In this document: piece after piece, positions 24,801-36,800 of the stretch
How the letters are laid out: each line of letters starts with the position of its first letter
Position numbering within the stretch: position 1 is the stretch's first letter
DNA from: Acanthaster planci
Lineage: Eukaryota
Direction of reading: 5' to 3'
Assembly: GCF_001949145.1 (NCBI RefSeq)
Contig: NW_019091357.1
Location: 2,828,859 to 2,892,858 of the forward strand
Length of the DNA: 64,000 nt
Notes under the pieces: model-generated
Told to the model about the DNA's origin: nothing
Databases searched by the model: none
The model's input: the letters and a program-made list of their open reading frames with translations, nothing else
Translations under genes and position numbers: made by a program

Positions 24801-27800
24801 CTTCCTCCGAATCAAAGACGGACACTGTGACGTGCAGGTAAGTAAGGGGTGGAAGCAGGGTCGTATTCGCTTCCACCATAAGTCCCTGTAAGTCCATCAC
24901 AAGTCCGTCACCAGTCATTCGTTCTTAAGCCCATTCACGAGCTATTCACATGAGCTATGACAAAAGCATTCTTTTGTCATTGTTCACCCTGTTACTTGTG
25001 ACTGGCATTGTGAAGAGACTTGTGACTGGACTTGCGGAAGGACTTTTGATGGGCTCGAATACAACACCAGGTAACGGGAGATTGGAAATAACTTAAGCCA
25101 GCATTCAAGACCGAACTTGTGAAGGGCCTGCAGAATTTAAATTTATTAGCTGTTGGAATTTGGTTGGAATTTCCGACAGTATAGATAACTTCTGGCCAGT
25201 ACTGGAAGGAATCGGTCAATTTTAGGGAATTTCGGGCAGTTTTTTTTTTTCATGTTGGGACACGTTTCAAACCTTGATACATTTTGCAAGTTAGGGATGG
25301 CTTTAATCAATTGTACATAATTGCAACTTGCTGAAGAAAGAAAGGAAACACTTGGTTGAAGTTGAAACAGGTTTTGAGCTTCAAATCTGCCCTTTCACAG
25401 GTATTGTCTTTGTAGCACTAAAACCAAACTTAGTCTTCACAATTTAAAGCTTGCTCATGCTGATTTGTAGTCCGCGGCCCTCACTTCATGAAATGAACGG
25501 GAAGTGTTTCACTTTGTACATTTTGGCTGGCAGTGGGTAGGAAAAAAATTGAGCCTGGTAATTAACTCAAGAAACTGAAAAATCCTGGCATTGTTGACCT
25601 TCGCAGGGATCCGGAGACAACTGTTGTCACTTCAAAGTCCTGCGAGTGAAGGATAAGGGATACGTGAGCCTACAGTCAGTTGAAAGCGCCGATGTGTGCG
25701 TCGGCTTTGTTCCTGACGGGAATGTCAAACCAACCGTGGATACAGGAGAAGACAACGTGAGACTCTATCCTCACGTCATCCAGTGTGAGTTGATAAAATT
25801 ACTCTTGCTTCAGCCGTAGTTTTGTTGTAGCATTTACGGTTGTTCTGGGAGGTGAGCAAACAATGGGCATCAAGCCACTACGACCAAATGTTCAAGTAAG
25901 CGTGCAAAGGCTTTTCTGGAAGATTGGAGTGGGAACATTCCCCCAATTTCTGCAATGAAGGACGTGAACTCCTCTCCTGAAAAATAGTATTTGTAGTCGT
26001 ATTTGTACATGCCTCGTGGGCTAATAATTCCGTGTCGATTACGATGGCCCTTCCGTTTGGTGTATTTTCTTGTCTTTCAGTTGGGACCAAGAAGTCGGTT
26101 GTCACTCCAACCCCACCGACCTCTGCCAAGCCTGCTGTCAACAGGAAGAAGCGTAAGCCATCTTTTGATCAGTGCCTTTTAAGATACACGTATTGACTAT
26201 ATGCACAAAGCACACAGGGTCCTACAATAGCATGTTATGGCTTCTTCAATAAGTAGACACATCATATCTAGCCTTGTGGCCTTCCTTGCCTCCTGCATGC
26301 CGTTCTTTCTCTTGTGTGAGATGTTCATATTTATCTAGGAAAGCAATGTTTTGCCAACCAGACAGGGCGAACTAGGCTGGTTCCTACAAGTCTTGCATTC
26401 TAGATACTGAAATGACAGGCCGTAGGTAAGAATTCCTATGTCACAGGTTCTTGTGCACTGTTATCATATCATGTTGTGTACTAGGATTGTGCACGTAAGA
26501 AGGGTCAAGAAGTCCCATCCATCAGTGAGTTAACAGTTATAAAATGGCAGGCTAGACAGCACAGACCACCTTCCCATCTTTCGACTAGTCGTTCCAATCC
26601 CTCCTCTGCAAAACTGTTAAAAGTTGCAAGTTCTGTTCGTCGACTGGAGTGAAGTTGTTCTTCGTTGCAGGTGTGCTGAACAAGCAGTCCAATGGGAACG
26701 CCAAGAAGACGGCCGCCCTGCCTCTCACGCCGACGCCCACCCCCTCGCCCCCGGTCCGAGAGAAATCCGTCTACGATGGTGAGTCGTAGTAGACGGCAAC
26801 AAAGCCACGAACCCTTGATCCCCTCTCTGAAGATTTTACAAAGAGCCGTTCCAGCCTGCCAGTATCCCTTCCTGTGATCTACGGAAAATTGCGCATTCTC
26901 TGACCTCCAACAAAAATTTAGATCCANNNNNNNNNNNNNNNNNNNNNNNNNNNNNNNNNNNNNNNNNNNNNNNNNNNNNNNNNNNNNNNNNNNNNNNNNN
27001 NNNNNNNNNNNNNNNNNNNNNNNNNNNNNNNNNNNNNNNNNNNNNNNNNNNNNNNNNNNNNNNNNNNNNNNNNNNNNNNNNNNNNNNNNNNNNNNNNNNN
27101 NNNNNNNNNNNNNNNNNNNNNNNNNNNNNNNNNNNNNNNNNNNNNNNNNNNNNNNNNNNNNNNNNNNNNNNNNNNNNNNNNNNNNNNNNNNNNNNNNNNN
27201 NNNNNNNNNNNNNNNNNNNNNNNNNNNNNNNNNNNNNNNNNNNNNNNNNNNNNNNNNNNNNNNNNNNNNNNNNNNNNNNNNNNNNNNNNNNNNNNNNNNN
27301 NNNNNNNNNNNNNNNNNNNNNNNNNNNNNNNNNNNNNNNNNNNNNNNNNNNNNNNNNNNNNNNNNNNNNNNNNNNNNNNNNNNNNNNNNNNNNNNNNNNN
27401 NNNNNNNNNNNNNNNNNNNNNNNNNNNNNNNNNNNNNNNNNNNNNNNNNNNNNNNNNNNNNNNNAGCGTTAAGGTACAAACACTGAAAGCTTGCATGGCC
27501 ATCTTTAGAAAAACAGGCATTTCATTATCATGACCAAGCCAGCGGGCGTAATTACTCCCCACGCTTGAAGTGCAACGAGACTGAATCACTGTCGACCGGA
27601 GTGCAGCCGGATTGAAACTTTTACTCGTCAGCAAAATTGGCTGAAACATAGACTTCACGGAGCTCCCCAAACATCTCGAATCCAACCTTAAGGGGCATCC
27701 ATAAAACTAAACCTCAGTGCAAAACTAGCGTTTAATCGTATGAACTAACCTTTCAGTTGCTTTCATTTGTTCTCATGATGTCCCTTTCCCTTTCTTTTCT

Positions 27801-30800
27801 CCTCCCTCGTTTGGATTTCATGTTCATTTCTCCTCATTTGGACGCCTCTTCCCAACATACTTGGGGGTAACTATTTCACCGACCCGGCGCACCACATAAA
27901 GAAACTAAATTGCTAGAGTATCCCGAAGCACTCACACCCACCCCCACCCCGTCCCGCAACAGCGGACAATACGGGACATCAGGGTACCCTTACTCTCCCA
28001 TTTTGACCCCCACCCCGACCCCTTCCCCCGAGGAGGGGCTGTTCGATGAGTTCTTTGCAGGTGAGTCTAAACCCAGGAGGCGGTGGTATTGGAAAAGCAG
28101 CCCCAAATGAGCCATTCTTTCCCTGGAGAACCTGTCCAGCGTAGGATTCCAACCATGTCGAGGTCACAAGCACCTCGTTGACTTTGCTATGCGTTGTGTA
28201 AAATACCTCAGCTTCTAATAACAGAATTTCATAATTCCAACTCACGAGACGCAATTCAAGAGAGGTCTCCTCAGAGTGGGTTGTATACCTGCCTAACTTG
28301 TGGCAGGAGGAACTTTCTGATGAAATGACAGAAGTTAAACAGACTCTGCTGCTCGAAGGGGCCACGTCTGGCCCAGATAGCCAAGAATTCATCTGAAAAA
28401 GCTTCCGACAGACGAGAAGAAAGACTGTCCTCTTTGACATTTTTGCTGGAAAGGTTCTGGAACAGTTTTACATGGACAATCAGACCCCCGAGGAAGTAGC
28501 AGTACAGCCAACTCCAAGTTTCAAGGCATAGACATCAACCTAGCATGATGTTTTTGAATCCTTAAATGTTCGGCCCCCACTGTTTAATGAGCCCTGCTCG
28601 ACAAAGTTCACAGGGAACAAAGACTCATTTTCGGTTGCTTTTAATTTCTGTTCAGTCTCTACATGTTAGTTGTGATAAACTCTTTTAAGATATTGGCACA
28701 ACTGCTTGTATATATAACGTGAGAAATTATAAGCCAAATTTTACCTCTTATATATATCCAACACTCTCTGTCAAGTTGTCTAGCCACATCCACCACGTGG
28801 AAACACTGATTTGATCTGATTTCGATCTGCATGGTGTTATGCATGCTAACTTGTCAATTTCCACCCAGTCTCATGGCATTGTCTGTGACAGTGATGTGTG
28901 TCTTGGTCCACATTTCTTTATGTCTTGTCCTTGAAGATTGTTGAGCCTACCCCAGCCCAACCCAGCCCCACCCACCCAAACCAAACCAACCCAAGCCAAA
29001 CCCAACCAAACCCAACTCAACCCAACCAAACCAAACTCAACCCAACCAAACCCAACTCAACCCAACCAAACCCAACTCAACCCNNNNNNNNNNNNNNNNN
29101 NNNNNNNNNNNNNNNNNNNNNNNNNNNNNNNNNNNNNNNNNNNNNNNNNNNNNNNNNNNNNNNNNNNNNNNNNNNNNNNNNNNNNNNNNNNNNNNNNNNN
29201 NNNNNNNNNNNNNNNNNNNNNNNNNNNNNNNNNNNNNNNNNNNNNNNNNNNNNNNNNNNNNNNNNNNNNNNNNNNNNNNNNNNNNNNNNNNNNNNNNNNN
29301 NNNNNNNNNNNNCCAACTCAACCCAACCAAACCAAACTCAACCCAACCAAACCAAACTCAACCCAACCAAACCCAACTCAACCCAACCAAACCAAACTCA
29401 ACCAAACCAAACTCAACCCAACCAAACCAAACTCAACCCAACCAAACCAAACTCAACCCAACCAAACCAAATCTAAGCTAACCAACCGAAAGAAAAAAAA
29501 AACACAGCATAATTGAAATACCTTACGCACATCGCACATGAGTATGCCCATGACAGAGGCATATCTACTTGACTCCTAATATGCAATGCATTAGAAGGTT
29601 TTTCACTTTGTCATGGCCGTTTATTTCAATCTACGTGTATGTCTGTGCTGTATTGTTCCACATCTAACAAATAGTCACTTTGGCATGTTTTTCATATTAT
29701 ACGTGTTATTTCTCAAGTTTCTGTGCTAGGTGTGTTGTGCTGTTTGTCACTTCCGAAGGAGTTCTGACCTGTCTTTTCAGACACACTTCCAAATTTTTCT
29801 GCTTTCTTTCAATAGAAGAGATTGGTTTTTGTTATTGGAATGCAGGAGATCTTACGTACTTACATGTATGTGTTCAAACATGCATTCCAGACAAAATATT
29901 ATCTTTCCAAACATAATGCTATTCTACCCTATGTTTTATTGCTCATTGTGGGAAGTTCTGAACTTGTCTGTACTTCTCTGTGATTTGTCTGTGACAACCC
30001 TTTAGTGATAGTTATTTGTAAGACAAAATCTTGGTTATTCACAGTGTTTAATGTTGTTTGGTATGTGTGGCTTTGTGCTGTCAGTCTTCCAACACCTGTT
30101 ACTTCCAAATCAGTGTAGAATCTGTTGTACAGAAAACCTGTACTTTACTGACACGTTGGACAGAACTGTTTGACGGCTTTTGTACTCCGCGGCCAATCGG
30201 CTCATGAGCCGATGAGGGATCATTGCACGGGCACAACGGTATGCTTGCTTTCATGGCGCATAGCAAGCACAGAAATTGGTCCCTACGTCCTGCACGCTGG
30301 TATTTCTCTTGCTTGGGTAGAACACCCCTCAATGGGAATATTGGTTTCACTGACTGCAAGCTGTTCAGTCGTATCCGCTCCAAGTGAAACAAAAGAGGGT
30401 GAGCTTTTGGGGGGTACATGCGTGTCTGACGGCATGTTTAGCCCTTGGGTACACGCAGAACGTGTGCAAGAACCTGCTTGTAATCGCCCGTCTTTCTTTC
30501 GCTGATTGGGAGTGCACTTCAGCTCGGGATGGATTAAGTTGACAAGAATGTGCTGTGCTCGCCTGTAAAGACACCAAGCAGAAAATGAATGCAAGTTTTA
30601 TGAGCTGCTGATGCCTGTAGACATGCTGGCATTTTATTTGTATAGCAAGCACATTTGTATAGCAAGTAATCACTCTTGGTGTTATGTGGTTCAACGTACT
30701 CATACGTGGACGTGTGTCACACAGCAGTCTTACAGATTGGCAGTGTGGCAGTCTTTATAGAAGGAAACAACCTGTTAAACAGGGTCTGGGGAACAAGCGT

Positions 30801-33800
30801 GACACCATGGGGCGAGCTCATGCTGAGGCGATGTGTTGACACTGGTCGATTTTCCCTGGTAACCTATGCTCAAAATGTACCCTGGTTACCGGGAAAAATC
30901 AACCAGTGGTTGGCAAGAAGTCCTCACTCGTACCGGGTACTTGTCCTCATATGTAATCCTGGCAGGTTGCACGGAATCGTAATGATTTCCAGGTCACGAG
31001 ATAACAGACTAGCTGTGCGTAATTCATCCTCAACGCTCACAAATTGCTCCTTCTCGTAGTCTGCTTAGAAAGTGCCTGAGATGATTGCCATGTCATAGCA
31101 TCGTCATTAGAGGGTTTGTCTCTAATACTTGGAAAGCAACCCTCACTGAAGGCTCTTTAAAAAGTTTTGATTTTCTCCAGTCTCTGCAATTCCCGCAGCA
31201 CAGCGGCACTTAGGAGACTCATATAGTAGCACTCATTCAATAGTACTGTCCTCGCTAATGCCTCACATTTCCCCTGTTAGGTTCGGGTGTATAGGTGGTG
31301 TGCAAATGTTGCGGCTGCAGAGGTCGGTTATTCATAACATGTCCTCCGTCAAGAGCTTACGTCCAGACTAGACTTGACTCAAGTCGGGATCTCTGTGACG
31401 TCTTCGTTTCTGCTTTGGATACATACCGAGACCGTGTGCCGTTACTTGCTTCGCGCTCTTCTGTGTTCACTTATTACACGAGTTCAGTTCAGAAATGGGC
31501 TCATCTACCAAAAGTGGTAGCAGCCAATCACATTAGCGGACTTGTTTTTTTTACATTGTTCATACCTGTATTATAATGAACGAGTCTACAAGTCTGACTA
31601 CTTTGATTGGTGGAATTTCTGTATACATTATGCAAGATCATATCGTTCATATGGATTTGTTTCTTACAGATGGGGACTGGAAGGTGTGGGTGAAAACGGG
31701 CAAGGCGGGCACCAAGGCTTCGGTGGTCCTGGTGGTGTACGGGGAGGAGGGAGTCTCACAGCCCTTCACCCTCGGCAAAGGAGGCAAGGAACTCTTCAAG
31801 GCAGGAGAGGAGAACGAGTTCAAGGTGAGAGAAGGTTCTTGGAGCGAACTGGGGCCCTGCCTGGGCTTCGAAGCCAACCCTGTTGCCGTTTCCGTGGGTC
31901 GTGAGTTCGAGTCTAGACGTGGTGGGTTACAGTGCATTTGTGTCCCACTGAAAAACTTTTTTCTAGCTGTTTGTTTGTCGCAGCACAACACATTTTGGTT
32001 CCTTGTAAGGTCACAGATGGTGAACGTGTTTGAAGCTGCTTATGCCAACATGACAGCATTGAGCCGTATACTCTGCAGAGATTGTACCAAAAGTGCAACT
32101 GTGCGCTTTTCTGCCATTTAACTGCAGTCTACTTTTCTGGAGAGTTCCCATTTTAATGTGCAAGTGGGATTTCTTGGCAATAGGTCAACGTGCTGAGTGT
32201 GGGTGACATCTACAAGATTCGGATTGGCCTGGACACGACCAGCAAGAAAGCAGCTTGGAGACTTGATCAGGTACATGTGTGTCAGCTCTGGACTGTCACT
32301 GGACTAATTTTATCCAGGAATGATGGGTAGACTAAGCGATCTCCCTTTACCCCCTTTCAAAAAAAAAACCTTTTGAGGGTTTACAAGACTTGTGAGCACT
32401 TGTGAAGCCATTTTGATCACTTGCCAAGCACTTTGAAGCACTTAACTGCGACACTAGAAGGCAATTTGTCCCTGGTCTAAATCTTGCATTTGATTGGTGT
32501 CACAGGTCAAAATGAAGGACATGATAACAGAAGAGCAACTGCTCTTCAAATTCAAGAATCGCTGGTTGTCGCCCAACGAAGATGACGCAGACGTGTGGCG
32601 GGAGTCGGCTGCCGTCCGACCTGGCGGGAAACCACTGCCGAGTGAGTCGGGGGAGGGAAACTCATTGGACGAGCAGTTCTCACTCGTCTCATATAGAGAT
32701 GCTGTTTGATCAGACGAACACCGCAAGATGGTTTTTACCCTGCGGGAAAATGGGGGTTACCAGAAATTGGCAGAGGAAGGGTCGTTGGTTGCACCGTTCA
32801 CAGGTAGAATGCATTTTGTGCCATCTGTAGACATTCCAAGACGTGCTGTCAAAGTAGTCCGGACAGTGGTCACTCTTGAACAGGGTTTGAAATAAATTGA
32901 GACCCGTTTTCCTCGGTGAGCTGACAAAAAGCGGCTGGTTGTATGCAATCAGGCTTAGTAAGTCTGGACTTGCGACTGTCCCAGACAACTGCTGCTCCAC
33001 TCAAAATATTAACTTAGCGTACTGAACTTTTGTGTGTAGGCTTGGCAAGTGGTATTTCTTGCACTCAGATATGAAATGCTGGTAACATTACTCCATGGCC
33101 TTTGGTTCAACCATCCCATTTTATTTTTGTCAGTCAACAAGTACAGCGTCCAAGCGAGAACGGGAAGCGATGTGGGCTCCTCGACTGATGCCAACGTGTA
33201 TCTCTGCCTCTACGGGGAGAAGGGAGACACGGGCAAGAGGCAACTCATCAAATCCAACCATGCGGAGAAGTTCCAGGAATCACAGGTCAGCACCAGGCGT
33301 GCGCCCCCCCCCAAAGAACCTTCCCCGATTTTGTTGAGCCATAATTGTTGACACAGTCTTGCGCATGCTTTGACTGAATGGGTTGAGAGTGCCTTATCTG
33401 AGCCACGGTTTTCACTGGCATTTGAAAATGTGGTGTCCTTTATCATCCTTGAATCTGCCAGTAGAGTTGATGTTTGTTGCTGAAGTTATACATGCCATGT
33501 CATACTACAGGTGAACATGCAAGCAAATTTGACATCACGAAAGATTTGCAGCAACGTTTCGCTGAAGTTGACGTGTGTTCAACTTTTGCGCATTCACAGC
33601 GCAAAGATTTGCATCTGTGTTCGCTTGTGTGCCCAAATCGTACCCAGACACCCCTCTGGCTTAAAACCTTGCATAGGTTTAAGAAACAGTTGACAATTGG
33701 CCAGCATTCTTGCATGTATAGATATTTAAATGAGGGTGACTCCTGTGTCAAATGTTGATACAGGTTGATACAGGTGGATATTCTCTGACTTGGCTATTAA

Positions 33801-36800
33801 TTGTGTCAAACCATGAACATGGGTGTTACAGACTGACATGTTTGAGCTGGAGGCCGTGACGGTGTTGACCCCAACCAAGGTCGTAGTGGGGCATGATGGG
33901 AAGGGCCCCGGGGCAGGCTGGTTCCTGGACGAGGTGGTCATCAAGGAGGCCAAGACTTCTAAAACGGAATATGTGTTCCCATGCAACAGGTACATGTGCT
34001 AGTATAAATGTAGTAACCCTGATGATCAAATGGTGCTGTCTGAACTTTGAGACCATGGCTTCCAACTTTTCACTGGCCTTATTTAAGAGAAAAACATGAA
34101 ATTTCAGACACAACTTTGATGGATGGTGAAATCGCAATTCTGTGAATGTACAAATGCAAATGATAAAGTTTGAACGTGGGATGGACCTAAATTCAGAACA
34201 CCCAAACCTTGGAGGGTGATTTTGACAAAAGCCAGACTAGAAGTGAGAATATTTAACCTCTGGTTTGCAAGCAACTACAACCATAGGAGTCTCTCTGCAT
34301 ATTTTTAGTGCCTTTCATTGAATGCATGACCCCAACTACTAGGCTACTGATTTATTTTTTGCTGAGTTAAAGTGCTGCATAACCGGAGCATACAGTGAGA
34401 GATTCCTTTTGCTTTTCATGGTGCCTCAGGTGGTTGGACGAGGGACAAGACGACAAGCTGATCGAAAGAGAACTGGAGTTGGGAGAAGTACGGGAAATTC
34501 AACGTAAGTCGGACGAGTCGTAATACGCTGCAAGAAAGACAAAATTCCAATCCATATGTCAAAATTTAGACTAGGTTGAGAAGAATATAGACGCCCGTTT
34601 GTGGTCCATGAATGCAAATTACAAGTCCTAACTTGTGACATACATGTATTTTCATTTGAATGTGCACGAATAATGGCCTGTAATTCTAGTTGTTGAATGA
34701 GTCTGTTGGACCCAGAACTCAGACACTCTAGAATTTAACATTGTTTGATTACGATGAGCTGGATGCAAAAACTGAAGCTCTGTGCTCCGATCAGGACCTT
34801 TCATCCATCACTATTCCAACAATGAGTCACTCCGATACAGTCATGGATTCCTTGAGTTTTATTTGGCTCATTCCAGCCCACGAATGGCAGGTGTACGTGA
34901 CCACGGGCAGTGACAATTCCGCAGGGACCACAGCCATGGTGACCCTGGTGGCCTACGGGGACAAGGACAAGACGGAGGTGGCGCTGATTCCCAAGGGGGA
35001 CAACGGCTTCCGGCCGGGAACCACCCATGATTTCAGGGTAAGCACTTGTCGGGAAAAGAAAAGTTTGCTCCCCAGCACTCTAAAGTGCCCAACGCTGTTA
35101 AGGCGTAGCATGCTGTTTGTTGCAGCTAGGTCTAGCGATCAGACAAGAAAGTTGTGCCGACTCGGTTTTTGAGTGCTCGTGCTTACTGAGGCATATCTGT
35201 GGATTGCTAAAAGCAAACCAGATACAATAAAAGCTCTCATCACACCAAGAATGTCCCGTGTAAGCCATTTTAGCATAACACTGCCAGTTGACATTGTACA
35301 TGTCAAGTGGACAGTATATGCCGACACCAGTTTTGGGGGGAACACACTGCAGGTGTATCTTGGTGACATCGGCCAGCTCTACAAGATCCGCATCGGCCAC
35401 GACAATGCCGCCAAGGACGCCAGCTGGTACCTGAAGACGGTGCGCATGCTGGACCTCAACGAGCTGACCGAGATGGAGTTTGCCTTCGACCGCTGGCTGT
35501 CGGAGAAGCACGACGACCTGGACGTCTGGCGGGAGCTGCCGGCTGTCGTCGCCGGAAAGAAACCTCTGCCAGGTGAGAACCTTGTTTGATTTACAGAGTA
35601 ACCAGTCTACAGAAGCTCAACCGTTGGTCGATACCAACTTGCCAGACGTAGTGTAGCATGCAAGGGTTACGAGCAGATGGTTGCACCGTGCAGTGATGCA
35701 TACGATGATTTTGGCACGACACAAAGTGATGTACCGTCCTTACATAATCCGACAGTCCTTGGTGCAGCAACTATCCACAATATGTGGGTTAATGATGCAG
35801 CCAACGGCTTAGGATTCTGTGCCAATCTGTGCCCATATTTGTGAGAATGCATTAAAGGTTTACAATCGTCATCCTGATAAAAACGGTCATTGTTTGGTTG
35901 AGAAATATTAGGGTTTCATTGATTTTCATTGCGCAAGATTCTTTCAAAGCCTTCAAGTTAAACATGGCTCTGGTGATGGGTTACCAAAATCATCATGAGA
36001 CATTTTCTATCCAAGTGCTGAATTATTTGAATAAATGAAGTCACAGTTTTACTCATCTTATCTCCATCTGTAATTAATCTTTAATCTTTAATCAGTTGTT
36101 GATCTTTAACAAATTGTGTGAGTGTTTTTTTGTGGAAAAGTTTTTAGCGGCGTTTGTTCGTTATTTCTATTATTTGTTCTTCTTGTAATTATCTTTTAAT
36201 CGCTGTTACATATTTTCTGGTCTTTAATTACTTGCAAGACCTCATCAAATTTCAATGTATTTCGATGGATGTTGACATTAAATCACAATAAATAGATTCA
36301 ATTCAATGCGCAAACTTCTCGCCTTGCAGTGACCCGATACTACGTCCAGGTGTACACCAGCAGCGAGGAGAACGCCGGCACGGAGGCCAGCGTCTACCTG
36401 CAGCTGGCTGGCAAGAATGGTGACTCGGGCAAGCGCCGCCTGGTCCGCTCCAAGAACAACAAGGACCGGAAGTTCCTGGCTGGCCAGATGGACGTCTTTG
36501 AGATCGAGGCCGTGTACCTGGGCCGCCTGCAGCGGGTCACCGTGGGGCATGACGGAAAGGAGGCCGGCCAGGGCTGGTTCCTGGAGAAGGTGGTCGTCAA
36601 GGAATCCAAGAACGCCAAGAACGAAACGCTCTTCCCTTGTAAAAAGTGAGCTGTGCAGAGTGTTTTTCTGATTGTTGGTGTTGATCCAGTCTGAAGTTTT
36701 GCTCTTCCTAATGAATTTATGCATAAACAGTGGAGGGCGTTTTTGCTGGGGTGTTTGCATGCTTGCAGCATGAAGCATGCACAACTTATTTTGATCTGAT

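Noticed and set aside
28898..29516. Long P/T/Q/N-rich ORFs
   Set aside because: Translation of a pentamer satellite plus an N-gap; no splice or domain support.
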